Shown: positions 25,802-37,729 of the stretch, piece after piece
How the letters are laid out: every line of letters starts with the position of its first letter
Position numbering within the stretch: the stretch's first letter is position 1
NCBI GenBank assembly: GCA_030295235.1
Contig: AP026127.1
Span: forward strand, 1,240,001-1,304,000
DNA length: 64,000 bases
Source: Fistulifera solaris
Lineage: Eukaryota
Reading direction: 5' to 3'
Made by a program: the position numbers and the translations under genes
Notes under the pieces: generated by a model
The model's input: only the letters and a program-made list of their open reading frames with translations
Told to the model about the DNA's origin: nothing
The model's database searches: none

Positions 25802-26590
25802 ATGACTACCGCCGCATTAACTCGGTCAACACAGATGAAATGGGCCGTTTCGGGTTGGGCTTTCTTTATTGCCGAAAACGCCATCTTATCGGAAAATCGA
25901 ACATGGATCATTGATCAGCTCGGCGACGATGGTTATCATACTTTATACGGTACATTTTCGACTGCTGCCATGGTTTCAGTGGGATTCGCCTATTTTAAAC
26001 GAATAACTCGTCCCTCACCGTCACCGGCACGTCTATCTGCACTGGCATTGTCATGGGGATGCCTTTCGTCGGGATTGTTTCTAGCCTTTCAAACGGCTCC
26101 TTCCATGCAAATTCCCGTTTCACTTCAACAAAAGGAGGATCCAACATCCAATACACCCTCATGGAAACTGCAAGTGCGGTGTCCTTTCGATTTCACACAC
26201 GATCGAGACAACAATGAAACTGTGAAAGGAATTGAACGCATTAGTCGACACCCGGGTCTGTGGAGTCTGGCGTTGGTAGCTCTTAGTAATGCAGCTCTAC
26301 TGCCGCTGTTTCATCCTTTGCAGCTGTGGTGGATGGGGCCTACGGCAATCGCTTGGGTGGGTGGAAATCATACAGACGCACGATATCGACGAGGAATGGG
26401 CGGAACTTTGGACCCAGTCTACGAAAGTCAAACGAGTAATATACCATTGGGCGCTATCGTAACCGGACGACAGGGGAATCCTTCAGATGCATTGAAAAAG
26501 ATGCTGCAGGAAATCAAACCGCTGAATGCTCTCATTTCATTAGGCGTCGCTACGATATTCGTTTTAAGCCGAGGCCGAATTAAAGCTTGA
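25802..26590 (+). CDS. NnrU-like membrane protein
   Basis: Multiple TM segments, GIERISRHPGLWSLAL, GGNHTDAR, SQTSNIP. Confidence 0.7.
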   Translation: MTTAALTRSTQMKWAVSGWAFFIAENAILSENRTWIIDQLGDDGYHTLYGTFSTAAMVSVGFAYFKRITRPSPSPARLSALALSWGCLSSGLFLAFQTAPSMQIPVSLQQKEDPTSNTPSWKLQVRCPFDFTHDRDNNETVKGIERISRHPGLWSLALVALSNAALLPLFHPLQLWWMGPTAIAWVGGNHTDARYRRGMGGTLDPVYESQTSNIPLGAIVTGRQGNPSDALKKMLQEIKPLNALISLGVATIFVLSRGRIKA

Positions 26591-26692
26591 GAGAACATAC
26601 AACATTAATAACAACTGGTTTTTTGTTGAGAGCATACTTTTACATTTCAGACGGATAATGGGGGAAAACAACAGATAAAGAGTGATTACTCC

Positions 26693-28043
26693 TTAGAAAC
26701 CCCTGTGCAACGACATTTCACTTTTACGACTGGCATCGAGAATCTCATTGATTTCCTCGTCCGAGTTTTGACTGATTTCATTTCGTAACACTTCACAAAC
26801 ACCTTCCATACTCGGTCGCTGCTTTGCATCGCCCCATCCTCTGCGCAGCATATTGTTGATTTCCGGAGGCCATTTGGAGTCGGGGGCAGGGCGAGCGCCT
26901 CCAGCTACCACCTTTTTCTGAAACATACCCATATTGTATCCTTCAAAGGGCGTTTCCATCTTAAACATTTGCCACATAAGGATGCAGAATGAGTAGACAT
27001 CAACGTTTTCATTGTATGGTTTGTGCAACGCAATCTCCGGAGCCATGTATCGTGGACTGCCCGTGTCACCCGTGAGCTTAAAGTTCCCGTCTATGTCTCT
27101 TGCGTTGGGGTCGATCTCTTTACAAGGCCTAAATCGAACAATTTCACGTCATCGCGAACGTCAAAGCCAATGTTGTCCGCTAAATTCCGCATCAGTTTTC
27201 TGCGTGTTAGATGCGATGTGATATCATAAGAAGTGAGTGAGAAACCGCTATTGTCAAGTACTTACGTTTTATATCACGGTAAATGATGTTGCTATCATGC
27301 AAATACTTGATAGCACATCCGAGATCGTAAGCCACGGTGACTCTTTCCAACCAAAACGCCAATTCCTTTTTGCCCTTTCGGTCCATCATCCTTCCCAATC
27401 CCTTTGGCTGCTTCTTCTTCCACTTGGTTATCCGCTGCCCCATGATATCATACAAACGATCCAAGACGACAAAGTACTCGGGAGAAAAAGGTTTCCCCAA
27501 GCAAGTAGCTCGCATTTTGATAATATTGGGATGTCGAATAACTGCCAAGAATCGAGCTTCAACAGCTAGATCGACTACTCCGTTAATAAAGGTCGATGCA
27601 TCATTGAACGATGTGTCTTGTAACTTTTTGATGGCATATCGACAATCCTTTCCCTTTCCTCTAAGGCAATTCGCCTGCATAAAGCTTCTATCCTGTACAA
27701 TGTGATTGATATCGTCGTCGGCTACCTTTTCGGCGTTCGAGGCGCTTTGTGACACGTCTTTCAATTTGATGGCAACGATTTCGTTGACAACGCAGAATCC
27801 TCCCCGACCTAGCACCGTTCCCAACGTTAACTCTGGAAACTTAAGAGAGTGAGAAATATTGTGATTTGATACTTTTGTGGAATACACTTGCTACTTACCG
27901 CTGCTTTCGAACTTCGGAATACGCTCTTCGAGAGAAAGATCCAAGATCTGCGAGTTGTCCGTCTTGGCTTTCACCGTTTTCTCCGCTATCTTCAACAATT
28001 TTGACAGATCATGACCCTCAACGCTGGTAGGAATAGCAGGCAT
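26693..28043 (-). CDS. Protein kinase (TKL-like), two introns and one apparent 1-nt deletion near 27123
   Basis: LGRGGFCVV, YAIKKL, YRDIKPDN across an intron, VKLFDLG, TGSPRYMAPE, DVYSF. Confidence 0.92.
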
Positions 28044-28413
28044 TCTCTAGAAGATCTATGATGTTTGAGTATTCAATGGATATACGGAGTTACAATATCA
28101 ACAACACAATCAACGACACAATGTCGCCGAAGATCACGAAAGTGCATGGAGTGAACAGTGAACGAAAAGAGTGGCTAATGGCATCCGGTATTTAAAAGTA
28201 CCGAACCCAGTGCCGATACGATTTCTAAGTGTCTGATCACGATGAATCTTTCCGTCCGTCGACCGTCGCGACGCTCTGTGATGGATTATAAGTTATAAGG
28301 ACTCTGAAGCATAGATTATAACACCAAATTGCGACTAAACTTGCTTGTTAATCCTAATTTACCATGATAGAACGTCTAATTGCGCTACAAACATAAAAAA
28401 GGTAAGATAACAT

Positions 28414-28700
28414 GGTTCGAAAGTCTACAAGGTTTCCACGTAGACTCCGTAGGAAATTTATCTCTGTAGGGGTACCCGGATATTGCGCTTCTTTACAACG
28501 CCACTTTTCGGGTCGCCTTTGCACCAATTGCACAGGAACCCCAGTCACCCACATAAGTAAAACAAGCAGCAAGCAATATTAATGTTGAATAAGCGCTTTG
28601 GATACAGAAAAGAATGAAGGTGCAACGCGTCGAAAGTCTACGTAGTTTTCACGTAGCCGCCGTACTGGTAGGGAAATTTAGCGACAGAGGGGAACCCGGA
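28414..28700 (+). repeat. Pair of ~70-bp elements (28414-28480, 28630-28700) related to the 79-bp MITE
   Basis: Shared TCGAAAGTCTAC...CACGTAG...GTAG(G)GAAATTTA...AGGGG.ACCCGGA. Confidence 0.8.
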
Positions 28701-28880
28701 AATGGATTTTTTCGATATTTTCGCGGCGCAAGATTTTATTGCGCGTGCGAGATGATGCGGCATCGTTGCGTTTCGAGTCACTTCGAGACTTTTGCTTCGC
28801 AAAGCAACTGATGGATCTTTTTCATCAATAATTACCGACCAACCTATCGTCTTTGAAAATCGAAGCTTGATTTCTGCCCA

Positions 28881-29935
28881 ATGAAGGTCATCACTGCCAG
28901 TCTTACTCTTCTCTTCTCCTTTTTCGCTATAGTGACAGCCAACAGGTGAGTCTCTTTTTGTTTCGATGACAGAGACCGACCTACGAGAAAGCATTAATCA
29001 CAAACTTCGTTCTCTCTTTTCAGCGAATTGGAGAAGGTCACGCACAAAGTATACTTTGACGTAGAAATCGAAGGATCATCCGATGGCGGTCGTATTGTGA
29101 TGGGATTGTTTGGCGATACCGTACCCAAGACCGTTGAAAACTTTCGAGCCTTGTGCACGGGTGAAAAAGGAACTGGAAAGTCTGGAAAGCCTTTGCACTA
29201 CAAGAACTCTATCTTTCACAGAATCATTCCGAACTTTATGATTCAGTAAGTGCTGTTGCGTGCTTGCCTTCAAATGGGCTCATGTTGCTCCGCGACGAAC
29301 TCACAAGATTCGTTTTTTTGCGCGATTATTATAGAGGTGGTGATTTCACTATGGTACGTTCCTTTTGCACCGAGTGTGTGACAATCTTTTAATCAATCAA
29401 GGCTAAGCAGCGCTATGCAGTTTAATGGACGTGGAGGAGAATCAATCTACGGTGAGAAGTTTGCCGATGAAAACTTCAAAATCAAGCATACCGGGCCCTT
29501 CTACTTGAGTATGGCAAATGGTAAGTTTGATGCATTAAACAGGAAGATAAGATATTGTGTTGGTGTCAATACCTAACTCGGTGATTGCAGCTGGACCTGG
29601 TACCAATGGAAGTCAGTTCTTGTAAGTCATTCTTGACTCGGTTGCTACCAGTAATCTCATCTTCTGCGGAAGTGCCTCACACTCGATTTCTTCATCTTCG
29701 TTTAACTCAGTATCACGACAGTCGCAACGCCCTGGTTGGATGGCCGCCACGTTGTGTTTGGCAAGGTATTGGAGGTAAGCAGACGCCTGCGAGAACTGTA
29801 GGTTCTTGTCAGGGATACGGATCTCATCTTTCATAAATACAGGGAGACGCTATTGTAAAGAACATTGAATCTCAAGGCTCCAACTCGGGCCAGCCCAAGG
29901 CAAAGGTTACCATTGTAGACTCGGGTGAGCTTTAA
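28881..29935 (+). CDS. Secretory cyclophilin-type peptidyl-prolyl isomerase (cyclophilin B-like), six introns
   Basis: Signal peptide, [59 protein letters not shown]-terminal SGEL. Introns 28946-29023, 29246-29334, 29354-29420, 29521-29590, 29622-29710, 29775-29842. Confidence 0.95.
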
Positions 29936-30653
29936 ATTGTAGATGGGAGCTTACAGATATTGATAGTCATTCATTGCAGCCTTCCTAAAGAACATTAGCA
30001 CAACTAGATGCATGCTAATTCAAATGTTTTGATTGTATATTATCACTTATAAAACTTACTTGCATACGGATAAGAAAGGTGACGACTCGGCTATTCTTCA
30101 CCAATCACTGCACCCAATACCTAGTACCTCCATCGCTAACGGACTGTGAGATTATCGTCAATCCGTTTATGCCGCGTTGCTAAAATATTCTGATCCGGGT
30201 TTCACCATCACAGCACAAGAACTAGAGCGAGGTGAGTGACCTTTTGTCCTGCATTTGTTCTATTTTTGTGTTTGTTATGAAGCATTTGTTTGGGGCTATA
30301 TTTGTGTCAAATACATGATCCTTTGTTACGAAGAGAAAAAGAACCAGAACTTGAGCTTCATGCAAGGTGCCAAGAAGTCGAAAACGGCGGAGAAAAGAAA
30401 AAAGATCGTAAAGAAAGTGTCGTAGGAGTACCGGATGAGGCTAGATTCCATTTCGTTTTAATCTCACGTAGAGTTGTAGTAGTGTTGCTTTGTCGCAATG
30501 GAATTTACTATTTAGCACAATCTGAGGTTCTCGCGATAGATCGTCTCGGTTGCCTATCACTCACTTGCGTCGTCTTGCATTTGTAGCTTTGCTTTTGTTG
30601 TTACACAACTGAAAGCAAAGACCTTTTCTGTAATAATATCAATAGCTACATCA

Positions 30654-33638
30654 ATGAGTTCTCCTTCATCCTTACGGCCCGCATGGCACCGTGGGGCTTC
30701 CGGAGGCGGACGAGGATTTCAACCTCCTCCGCAGGTGTCGAATGAACGCCGCACCTCCGGCGGTAATCCTCCCGAAGCGAAACAATCCAATTTCAATAAG
30801 TTTTCCGCGTTAGATGACGATGATGATCCGTCTCTCTTGGAAAAGAAGACTGAAGAACGCACGGCAAACTCGCGCAGTGAAGCATTGCGCAGCACGAATA
30901 ATAATCGCTCGGCCGCCACGAACGCGAAAGGACGCTCTCTGGCGGATCTCGCGCGGACTTCGGAACGGGAGAGAAGCGCCAGTTACGGAAGTGCAGGTGA
31001 TCGAAGTATCAGCGGAACGGCGGGAGTCAAGCCGGTGAGTGTGACTGCGCCGAATACGGAGGCACATGTTATTCGTTTCACGCGGGAAAAGCTCTTATCG
31101 ATGAGACCTGCACCGAGGGCGTCGCCACCGGACGCACTGAGAGAAGTGCTGGAAGGAACCGTCATTCTTTCGGAAGCAGCACAAGACCCCGTGTGCTGGG
31201 ATGTCTTTGATCCGGATACGATTTGGGCCTCTGTTGCTCGTGAACGCAAAGCCGCTCGAGCGGAACCGGATGCCGCGGGAAGGCGAACCAACAACCGGAA
31301 AGACAATAGTCGCTGGCAACGCGGTGTAGCTCTTCCCTCCGAGGAAGCCAAGAACCGTGAGAAAGACGCGGAAAATCCATCCGACTTATGGGACGATCCT
31401 GTTGGGGCAGGAGCGGCGGCGGACTTTAGTGCTTTCGGTGCAATGCCAGAAGATGATCTGTTTGACTTTGAGAAAATGGCGGAAGCCACGAGAAAGTTTG
31501 AAGAAGAAATACACGGAGATAGATCTCGAGCTATGTCAGAGGTGGATGATCAGGGCCCTCCATCGGCTGTCAAAGTGGACCCCAAGCGACCGCTGGCAAG
31601 TGTAGGAACCACGATGCAAACTGGTACGGCAGATGAAGTCAACGTTTTTGATGATTTCGACGATCCCGTCGCAGAAAGTGCGATTCTTCAAACGGATGCG
31701 ATCAAACCAGGTACTGAGGATAAAAGTGCAACATCTAAACTGATGGAGCTGATTGGTGTCACGAGGGAAGACAACACAGCCGCTAACGTTGCTGCTGTGC
31801 CACTCGTAGTCCCACCGACTGTCAATGCATGGAACAAGCCGAAAGAGGATGCTGCGGCACTTTCCCTCAATCCATGGGGCACATTACTTCCGGGGCAATC
31901 GGATAATAAGTCTTCTGGTTTTGATCTACAGGCGAGGCTTCGAGAAGCGGAGATGGAACGACAAAAGGCCACTGAAATGGAGAGATTCCGCCAGGAGCAG
32001 GAGCACCAACGATTACTTGAGCAACGACAAGCGGAAGAACGAGCACGAGAGCAGGCTCTACGACAGCAGCAAGATAGCGTTCAGTCGCAAGTCGAGCTTG
32101 TTTTGTTGGAGCGCATTTCAACTATCTTAGAAAATTCGTGGGGTCAATCGGATCTTGTGACGGTTCTAAGCGCTCTGCATGCGGAAGACAGTCGGGTCAT
32201 TCCACTACTCAATACGACAGACGCGCTTCGTGCATTGATTATCCGGAATCCGAGGCGCGTGGCTCTTCGTCCGAACCCTGTTTTTGGAACTGAAACACTC
32301 GTACTTTTGATGACGAATGCACAATGGCAACAAGACCAGCTTGCGAAACAGCAGCACTCTGAAGCTATCTCCCGTTCCCAACAAGAAGAGCTAAAACGCC
32401 GAGAAGAGCTATTGCAAAGGCAAAGAGCTGGCTCGACGAGTGTTCCGGCTATCATTCCCGGTGCTCCTTGGTACTATTCCGACCCACAGAACAACATCCA
32501 GGGTCCATTTCGTGGAGAAGAAATGCGCCAGTGGCTCGAAGCTGGTTACTTCAAGAGCGATTTGCCCATTAGTCAAAATCAGACAGGCCCATTCAAAGCG
32601 CTTTCGATATGGTTTCCTGATATTTCCGTAGCATTTGTGTACGAGACCGACGGTGGGCGTGAAGACGAAAAGAAGAAAGCCATGGAGGCTGAGAAGGCTG
32701 CTGCTGCTGCCGCCTCCGCAGCAGCGGCAGCAGCTGCTGCTGCTCAGGAAGAAAAGGAGCGCCGGGAAAGAGAAGCCGCAGAACGCGAACGACTGGCTCA
32801 AGAAGCTGCTGAACGTAAGAAGCGAGAGGAAATGGAACGTCAGGCAACAGAAGCTAGCCCTAATGAGTCTTCAAACCAGCTAAAGATGATGCTCGGGTTG
32901 GGTGGTAATGCGAATGTAGGTGTTTCTTCTGCTCCACCGAAGAACGACATTAAACCAAGTAAGGAGGAACCGAAAGCAAGAAATCCTGCAGTAGCTGAGA
33001 CACCAGTTAGCTCTCCAACGAAGAGCGCTGCTCCAGCCTGGGGACAGGCGGCAAAACCAATCGCAAAGAAGTCAATGTCAGAGATTCAAGAGGAAGAAGC
33101 AAGGGCAGCTGCTGCCGCTGCTTCAAGACGCGAGAACGGTCGGCCATCTGGAAGTGGTTGGGCGAACGTAGCCGCCTCGCGCGGTGGTAGTTCGGCATGG
33201 GCTGGAGGAGCAGCCAGTCAACGTCCTGCGGCTGTAATCCAGAGAAGCGCCCCAGCACCGACAGTGACAAGCCAGCCTTACGCTACAAAGTCCCAAGCCG
33301 CCGTTGCTCTCGCAAATGCACAGATGGCCGCGGCGAAGCCACAGACTAACACGACTCCCGTAGAAGACTTTGGTGCACAAATGTCTCCAGCACTTGAAAA
33401 GTGGTGCAAGGAGCAGATGCAGAAGCTAAATGGAACTGATGATCTTACTCTTGTAGCGTTTTGCATGACCCTGCAAGATCCAGTCGAAATTCGTCAGTAC
33501 CTGACGACGTATCTTGGCTCGACTCCGCAAGTCAACAACTTCGCGACTGATTTCATTAATCGTAAGAGCGGGAAAATGACGCAAGAGGAATGGGAAACTA
33601 CTGGAGCCAAGTCAAAAGCCCGCAAGAAGAAGCGCTAA
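30654..33638 (+). CDS. GYF-domain protein (GIGYF/Smy2-like)
   Basis: WYYSDPQNNIQGPFRGEEMRQWLEAGYF; N-terminal RFTREKLL motif; conserved C-terminal helical domain. Confidence 0.88.
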   Translation: MSSPSSLRPAWHRGASGGGRGFQPPPQVSNERRTSGGNPPEAKQSNFNKFSALDDDDDPSLLEKKTEERTANSRSEALRSTNNNRSAATNAKGRSLADLARTSERERSASYGSAGDRSISGTAGVKPVSVTAPNTEAHVIRFTREKLLSMRPAPRASPPDALREVLEGTVILSEAAQDPVCWDVFDPDTIWASVARERKAARAEPDAAGRRTNNRKDNSRWQRGVALPSEEAKNREKDAENPSDLWDDPVGAGAAADFSAFGAMPEDDLFDFEKMAEATRKFEEEIHGDRSRAMSEVDDQGPPSAVKVDPKRPLASVGTTMQTGTADEVNVFDDFDDPVAESAILQTDAIKPGTEDKSATSKLMELIGVTREDNTAANVAAVPLVVPPTVNAWNKPKEDAAALSLNPWGTLLPGQSDNKSSGFDLQARLREAEMERQKATEMERFRQEQEHQRLLEQRQAEERAREQALRQQQDSVQSQVELVLLERISTILENSWGQSDLVTVLSALHAEDSRVIPLLNTTDALRALIIRNPRRVALRPNPVFGTETLVLLMTNAQWQQDQLAKQQHSEAISRSQQEELKRREELLQRQRAGSTSVPAIIPGAPWYYSDPQNNIQGPFRGEEMRQWLEAGYFKSDLPISQNQTGPFKALSIWFPDISVAFVYETDGGREDEKKKAMEAEKAAAAAASAAAAAAAAAQEEKERREREAAERERLAQEAAERKKREEMERQATEASPNESSNQLKMMLGLGGNANVGVSSAPPKNDIKPSKEEPKARNPAVAETPVSSPTKSAAPAWGQAAKPIAKKSMSEIQEEEARAAAAAASRRENGRPSGSGWANVAASRGGSSAWAGGAASQRPAAVIQRSAPAPTVTSQPYATKSQAAVALANAQMAAAKPQTNTTPVEDFGAQMSPALEKWCKEQMQKLNGTDDLTLVAFCMTLQDPVEIRQYLTTYLGSTPQVNNFATDFINRKSGKMTQEEWETTGAKSKARKKKR

Positions 33639-33728
33639 GTCGATCGTAACCTCTGTAAGCCCTAAGTTCCATTACGTTGGTTCAATAAATTCACTCAATT
33701 ATGATATAGAGCAGCCGGCAAAGGTCAA

Positions 33729-35545
33729 TTAATAGAAGTTATCGGGGTTCAGACCCTCGGGAAACAATCCGTCTTCAATTGTTTCTGGTATTCCTGTTCC
33801 GTCGAAAATTCGAGCATTCATCTGATCGCCACGCTTTGATGTACGCGTAGCTTGGTCTTCTGCTTCTCTTAATTCATCGAAAATAGCTTTTCGAGCCTCT
33901 TCGAAGCGTGCTGCTTTCAATCGTTTCAGCTCGTCTGTTTCACCGTCAGAGGACGTTATCACAGAAGAGCTGGCGCCCTCTATTTTTGAAGCCAATGAAT
34001 CTGCAGTAGATGAGGCTTCTATTGGCACTGAATTGGCGATTCGGTCAAGTTCTTGCAGCAAAAAGTCTGCTGCCAGAGCGGTCGCACTCGTTTCGGGACC
34101 CGATAATTTTGTTGCTTCTTGTCCGTTCATGCCTAAGCGCTTTTCGAGGGCTTGCATCATGACATTCACTAAATTTCCCTGTTCTACTTGATTCCGATCC
34201 ACTTTACTCGCAGCTGGTGTAGAGTCATGCACAAGTGAAATGTCGGAATCGCGGACCTTTCCCGTTTCCTGAAAATCCTGAGCAATTTTCAAGGCGTCGT
34301 ATTCTCGTCGATTGACTTTCAAATCGGCGATCTCGCTCCAATCTCGTAAGCGAAGCATTGTCTCAAGCTTGTCTACACCCACCGATTGCATCGTTTTCTC
34401 ATTTTGCTTGTAAACTAAACCTGTCGGAATGCCTTTTTGGGCCGCGCGGACTTGATTGGTGCGCAAAATGTTGAACATGGGCCAGGGAGATCGTCGCGCA
34501 TAATTCGCCGCTCCGGCTTGTTTTCCACTGCGTGCACTACCGTCACGAAAACTCCATTGAGGATGAAAGAAGACAAGCTGAATCAAATTCTCAATTTCCA
34601 GAGGCGCCAGTGGCTGGGTCAATGTTGTCGTAAACGTATCAAAGACTTCAATTTGATCAAGGCAGAATTCGGGCGCAATCAGCAGAATAGTACTCATTTC
34701 TCTTTCGTCGCTATTTTCCAGTCGCACAACTTCTTTCCAGTATCTCGCATACATGTCTTCCATAGTAGTGCTTCGATCCACGTCATAATAAACATTCCCC
34801 AACGGCAATCCAGCCTTATCCGGTCCATTTGTGAAAGGACAAATTCCCATTTCCGAGCATATTTTGTTGACCCACTTTTTGGATATATCAATGATGAGGT
34901 CGTCATCATCGGGCACTTTGTTAACAATGGGAGGATAGGGATCTTTTGGGGCCCGTCTTCGTATTCGTCGTCAATACCTTCGTACAATTTGTCAAAATCG
35001 GTTCCATCGTCCCAGAATGGATCATAATTGAAATCGTAATCGTCTTGTTCCGACTTTGGGTCCGCATGCGATCGTACGGTAAAACCAACGACTTGTCCCT
35101 TTTTGTCCATGTAAGGCACTAGCGATGTCGTGATTCCAAAATAATCACAAACATCTTTGCAATTGTCTAAATGAGCCATGAGTAGATTCAAGAAGCGGGC
35201 AGTGAATTTTTCCTGCATTTGTGGATAAACTACCGTCATACTTTCCTGAACAAACGTGGATGCCATGTGTGAGTTAATCGCATTCAAATCCTTGCTTTCG
35301 TATCGATATTGATGACTTACCCCTTTGGCCATGGAAGTCGCTTGAGCAATTTGTTGCCAAATCCCCACCAATAATTGCGGTGTAGTGAAAGCCGGATCAC
35401 GCGGATGCCATTCATCGTCCGAGTGTACATCCATTTGTTCCGACGATAGAAGCCGGAATGTGGGAAATGGAACAGGTTGTCTCGTCACAAACGCCAATGT
35501 CAAAGGCAGCTGAGCAACGAAAACGAGGAGTGATAAAACAATCAT
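33729..35545 (-). CDS. Predicted plastid protein with DUF1415-like domain; one intron (~35246-35320) and a frameshift near 34945-34953
   Basis: Signal peptide ending TLA-F; MGICPF, IQLVFFHP, ANYARRSPWPMFNILR. Confidence 0.75.
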
Positions 35546-35975
35546 GTTCCGATAAATCCGTCTACTGAAGCAAAGCGGTCAATCAATAAGATGATGTCGA
35601 AAGGAGGCGAGGAAGAGGAAACGAGTAATTCTTTGTGTGGTTACAACTGGATCCACTTTGCTTTGTGAATTTGTGTTGATGGTTCTGTCGATTATCAATC
35701 ATCATCGCATCCTGATGCGACTTCTGCCTTTTTTGCGGAGATGGAAAAGGATCGGGTTGCGGGACGCGGTTTAACGACGGACGACGAACGGGAGCGGGAG
35801 GCAGGCAGGCAGACAGGCGTCAGTGACAGAAAATCCATGTATCGCATATCGCATCTATGACCAATGGCCATCATCTATCATCGCTTTCTCCAACATGATG
35901 ATTCTTTCGTGACAATGAACGATAATCGACATTGAATTGACATCAATACGTAAAAATTTCAAAAGGTCGAGCGCA

Positions 35976-36290
35976 TCGATTGTCTACGCAGTTTTCACGT
36001 TGGCCTCGTAGGGAAATTTATCGACAGAGGGGATACCCGGATGTGCCATCTGACGTACCTGGTATAGACGGAAGCTACGCTAACGCTAGAGATGCCAGCT
36101 AACCTTACCTTGGAAAACGTTCGCTTAAGCTCGAAAATTCATCATCATACAATGATATAGATGCCCTTAAAAGAATTGACATTACTAGGAACATCAAACA
36201 CACAGAAGAGCAAGCATACATCGCTTCGAATGTCTACGTCTATATCACGTAGGCCTCGTAGGGAAATTTATCGACAGAGGGGGTACCCGG
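35976..36290 (+). repeat. Pair of ~65-bp elements (35976-36040, 36226-36290) related to the 79-bp MITE, 250 bp apart
   Basis: TGTCTACG...TCACGT(A/T)GGCCTCGTAGGGAAATTTATCGACAGAGGGG.TACCCGG in both copies. Confidence 0.85.
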
Positions 36291-36449
36291 ATATGTTGCC
36301 TTTTGGTCAACAGGCACGAACGCAACGCGCTTCATCGAAAATATTTTCGTTGGCCAAGCTCATGAGGTCATTCGAATCAAAATGAACTGCTTCGCTATCT
36401 GTATCGAACTGCTTTACGAAAAACTACAGCAGTATCGCGTCTTCGTTCC

Positions 36450-37430
36450 GCGAGGCATGGCTATTTGTTCATAGAAGGCCAATGAAGCAGCGTTGCCGTC
36501 GCCATCGTCGCGCTTCTCTGTTATGTATTTTTGCGAGCAAATGGCACGTTCACATGATGTGTTGTACCACCTACCTATGATTGCTTGCGCACAAATGGAC
36601 TGCAGTTGTATGTCGGTCCCTTTGTCACCATTTTTGGGTCTCTGGCAATACAAAAGAGGCAATCGGAGAAACGGTGGTATTTTTTTATAAATGTGTTGAG
36701 AGTTGAGACAGGAAGATTGCTGCGATCGTCTTGCTCTGAAGATTCTTAATCCGATCGATTTTTCATCGATTGTATCTCAGGGTTTCGTCCTTTTCATCAA
36801 ATGGATGTCATTCGGTTGGCTTTATTGAATGCTGCTGTGGACCGGAATTTATTAATTTGTCCATTTAATTTTGCACCATCATTCCGACGTGATTGAATCC
36901 AATCTGCATGGATGTACGCCGCTGTTTGAAGATTATTATGAGAGCGGCCCGTAATTGGTTAAGCATGGCGCCGATAAGAATCACCACGATCAATTACTCT
37001 AATATTGACGCCGCTGTTCTTTGTGGTTGTTCCCAAACGTGTTGCGGCCGTCGAGACACTGCTGCTGTATGCCGAAATTGATGAGAACAAATGCAGTAGG
37101 CCACACTGCTTGGCATTTGAGTTGTCAAGAAATCCCAATGGGTGGCGACCCGAAGCACCTTTGCAAATTTTGCAACTGTTGTCGCAGCATCCGTATCTTC
37201 CATTGATTCTATCCAAAAGGATGTGACAGCCCTCGAATCGGGTGTCCGGAATGGTTGCATGGAGTATATAATTTGTACTTCTCTTGTCGCAACATGATGC
37301 GAATCCCCCTGGATGCAGTGTCCATTTCGTGTTGCAAATGGCGCGTGAAGAGCATTCGACTGATATGATTTACTAAATTGTACGGTGTTTCCCTCGAATT
37401 TGCATTCTACCGAAAATTGTGAGGAGATAA
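36450..37430 (+). pseudogene. Possible degraded gene remnant (helical/ankyrin-like fragments)
   Basis: Short protein-like fragments (APLQILQLLSQHP; LQMAREEHSTDMIY*IVRCFP) interrupted by stops and frameshifts. Confidence 0.3.
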
Positions 37431-37729
37431 GGCTGACGGCGTGCTAAGAGTCAATGGCATAAGGTATTCCAGAAGAAGTTGCTACACACTCGTTTGGGAG
37501 GAGCATTCTTGAGCGCAGGGCCTCTACGATAACAGATTCTTCATCACGATGAGTTCTGACGTCTTAAGCTTGCGCTTTAGTCTATCACACCAGTTCTGGC
37601 TAATGTCTACCAATGTACGTGCGCTCTACCACTAAAAAGAAAATTCATCATGCACACTAAATAAATGATTTAATTTTCGAAAAGAACGTCGAATGTAAAT
37701 CACCGGTTCGAGCTACGAGAGCTTCGTCG

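Noticed and set aside
28411..28425. tRNA or SINE B-box (GGTTCGAA)
   Set aside because: No cloverleaf or A-box; not conserved in the other copies.
35890..35945. C/D box snoRNA (ATGATGA)
   Set aside because: No CTGA D box or terminal stem.
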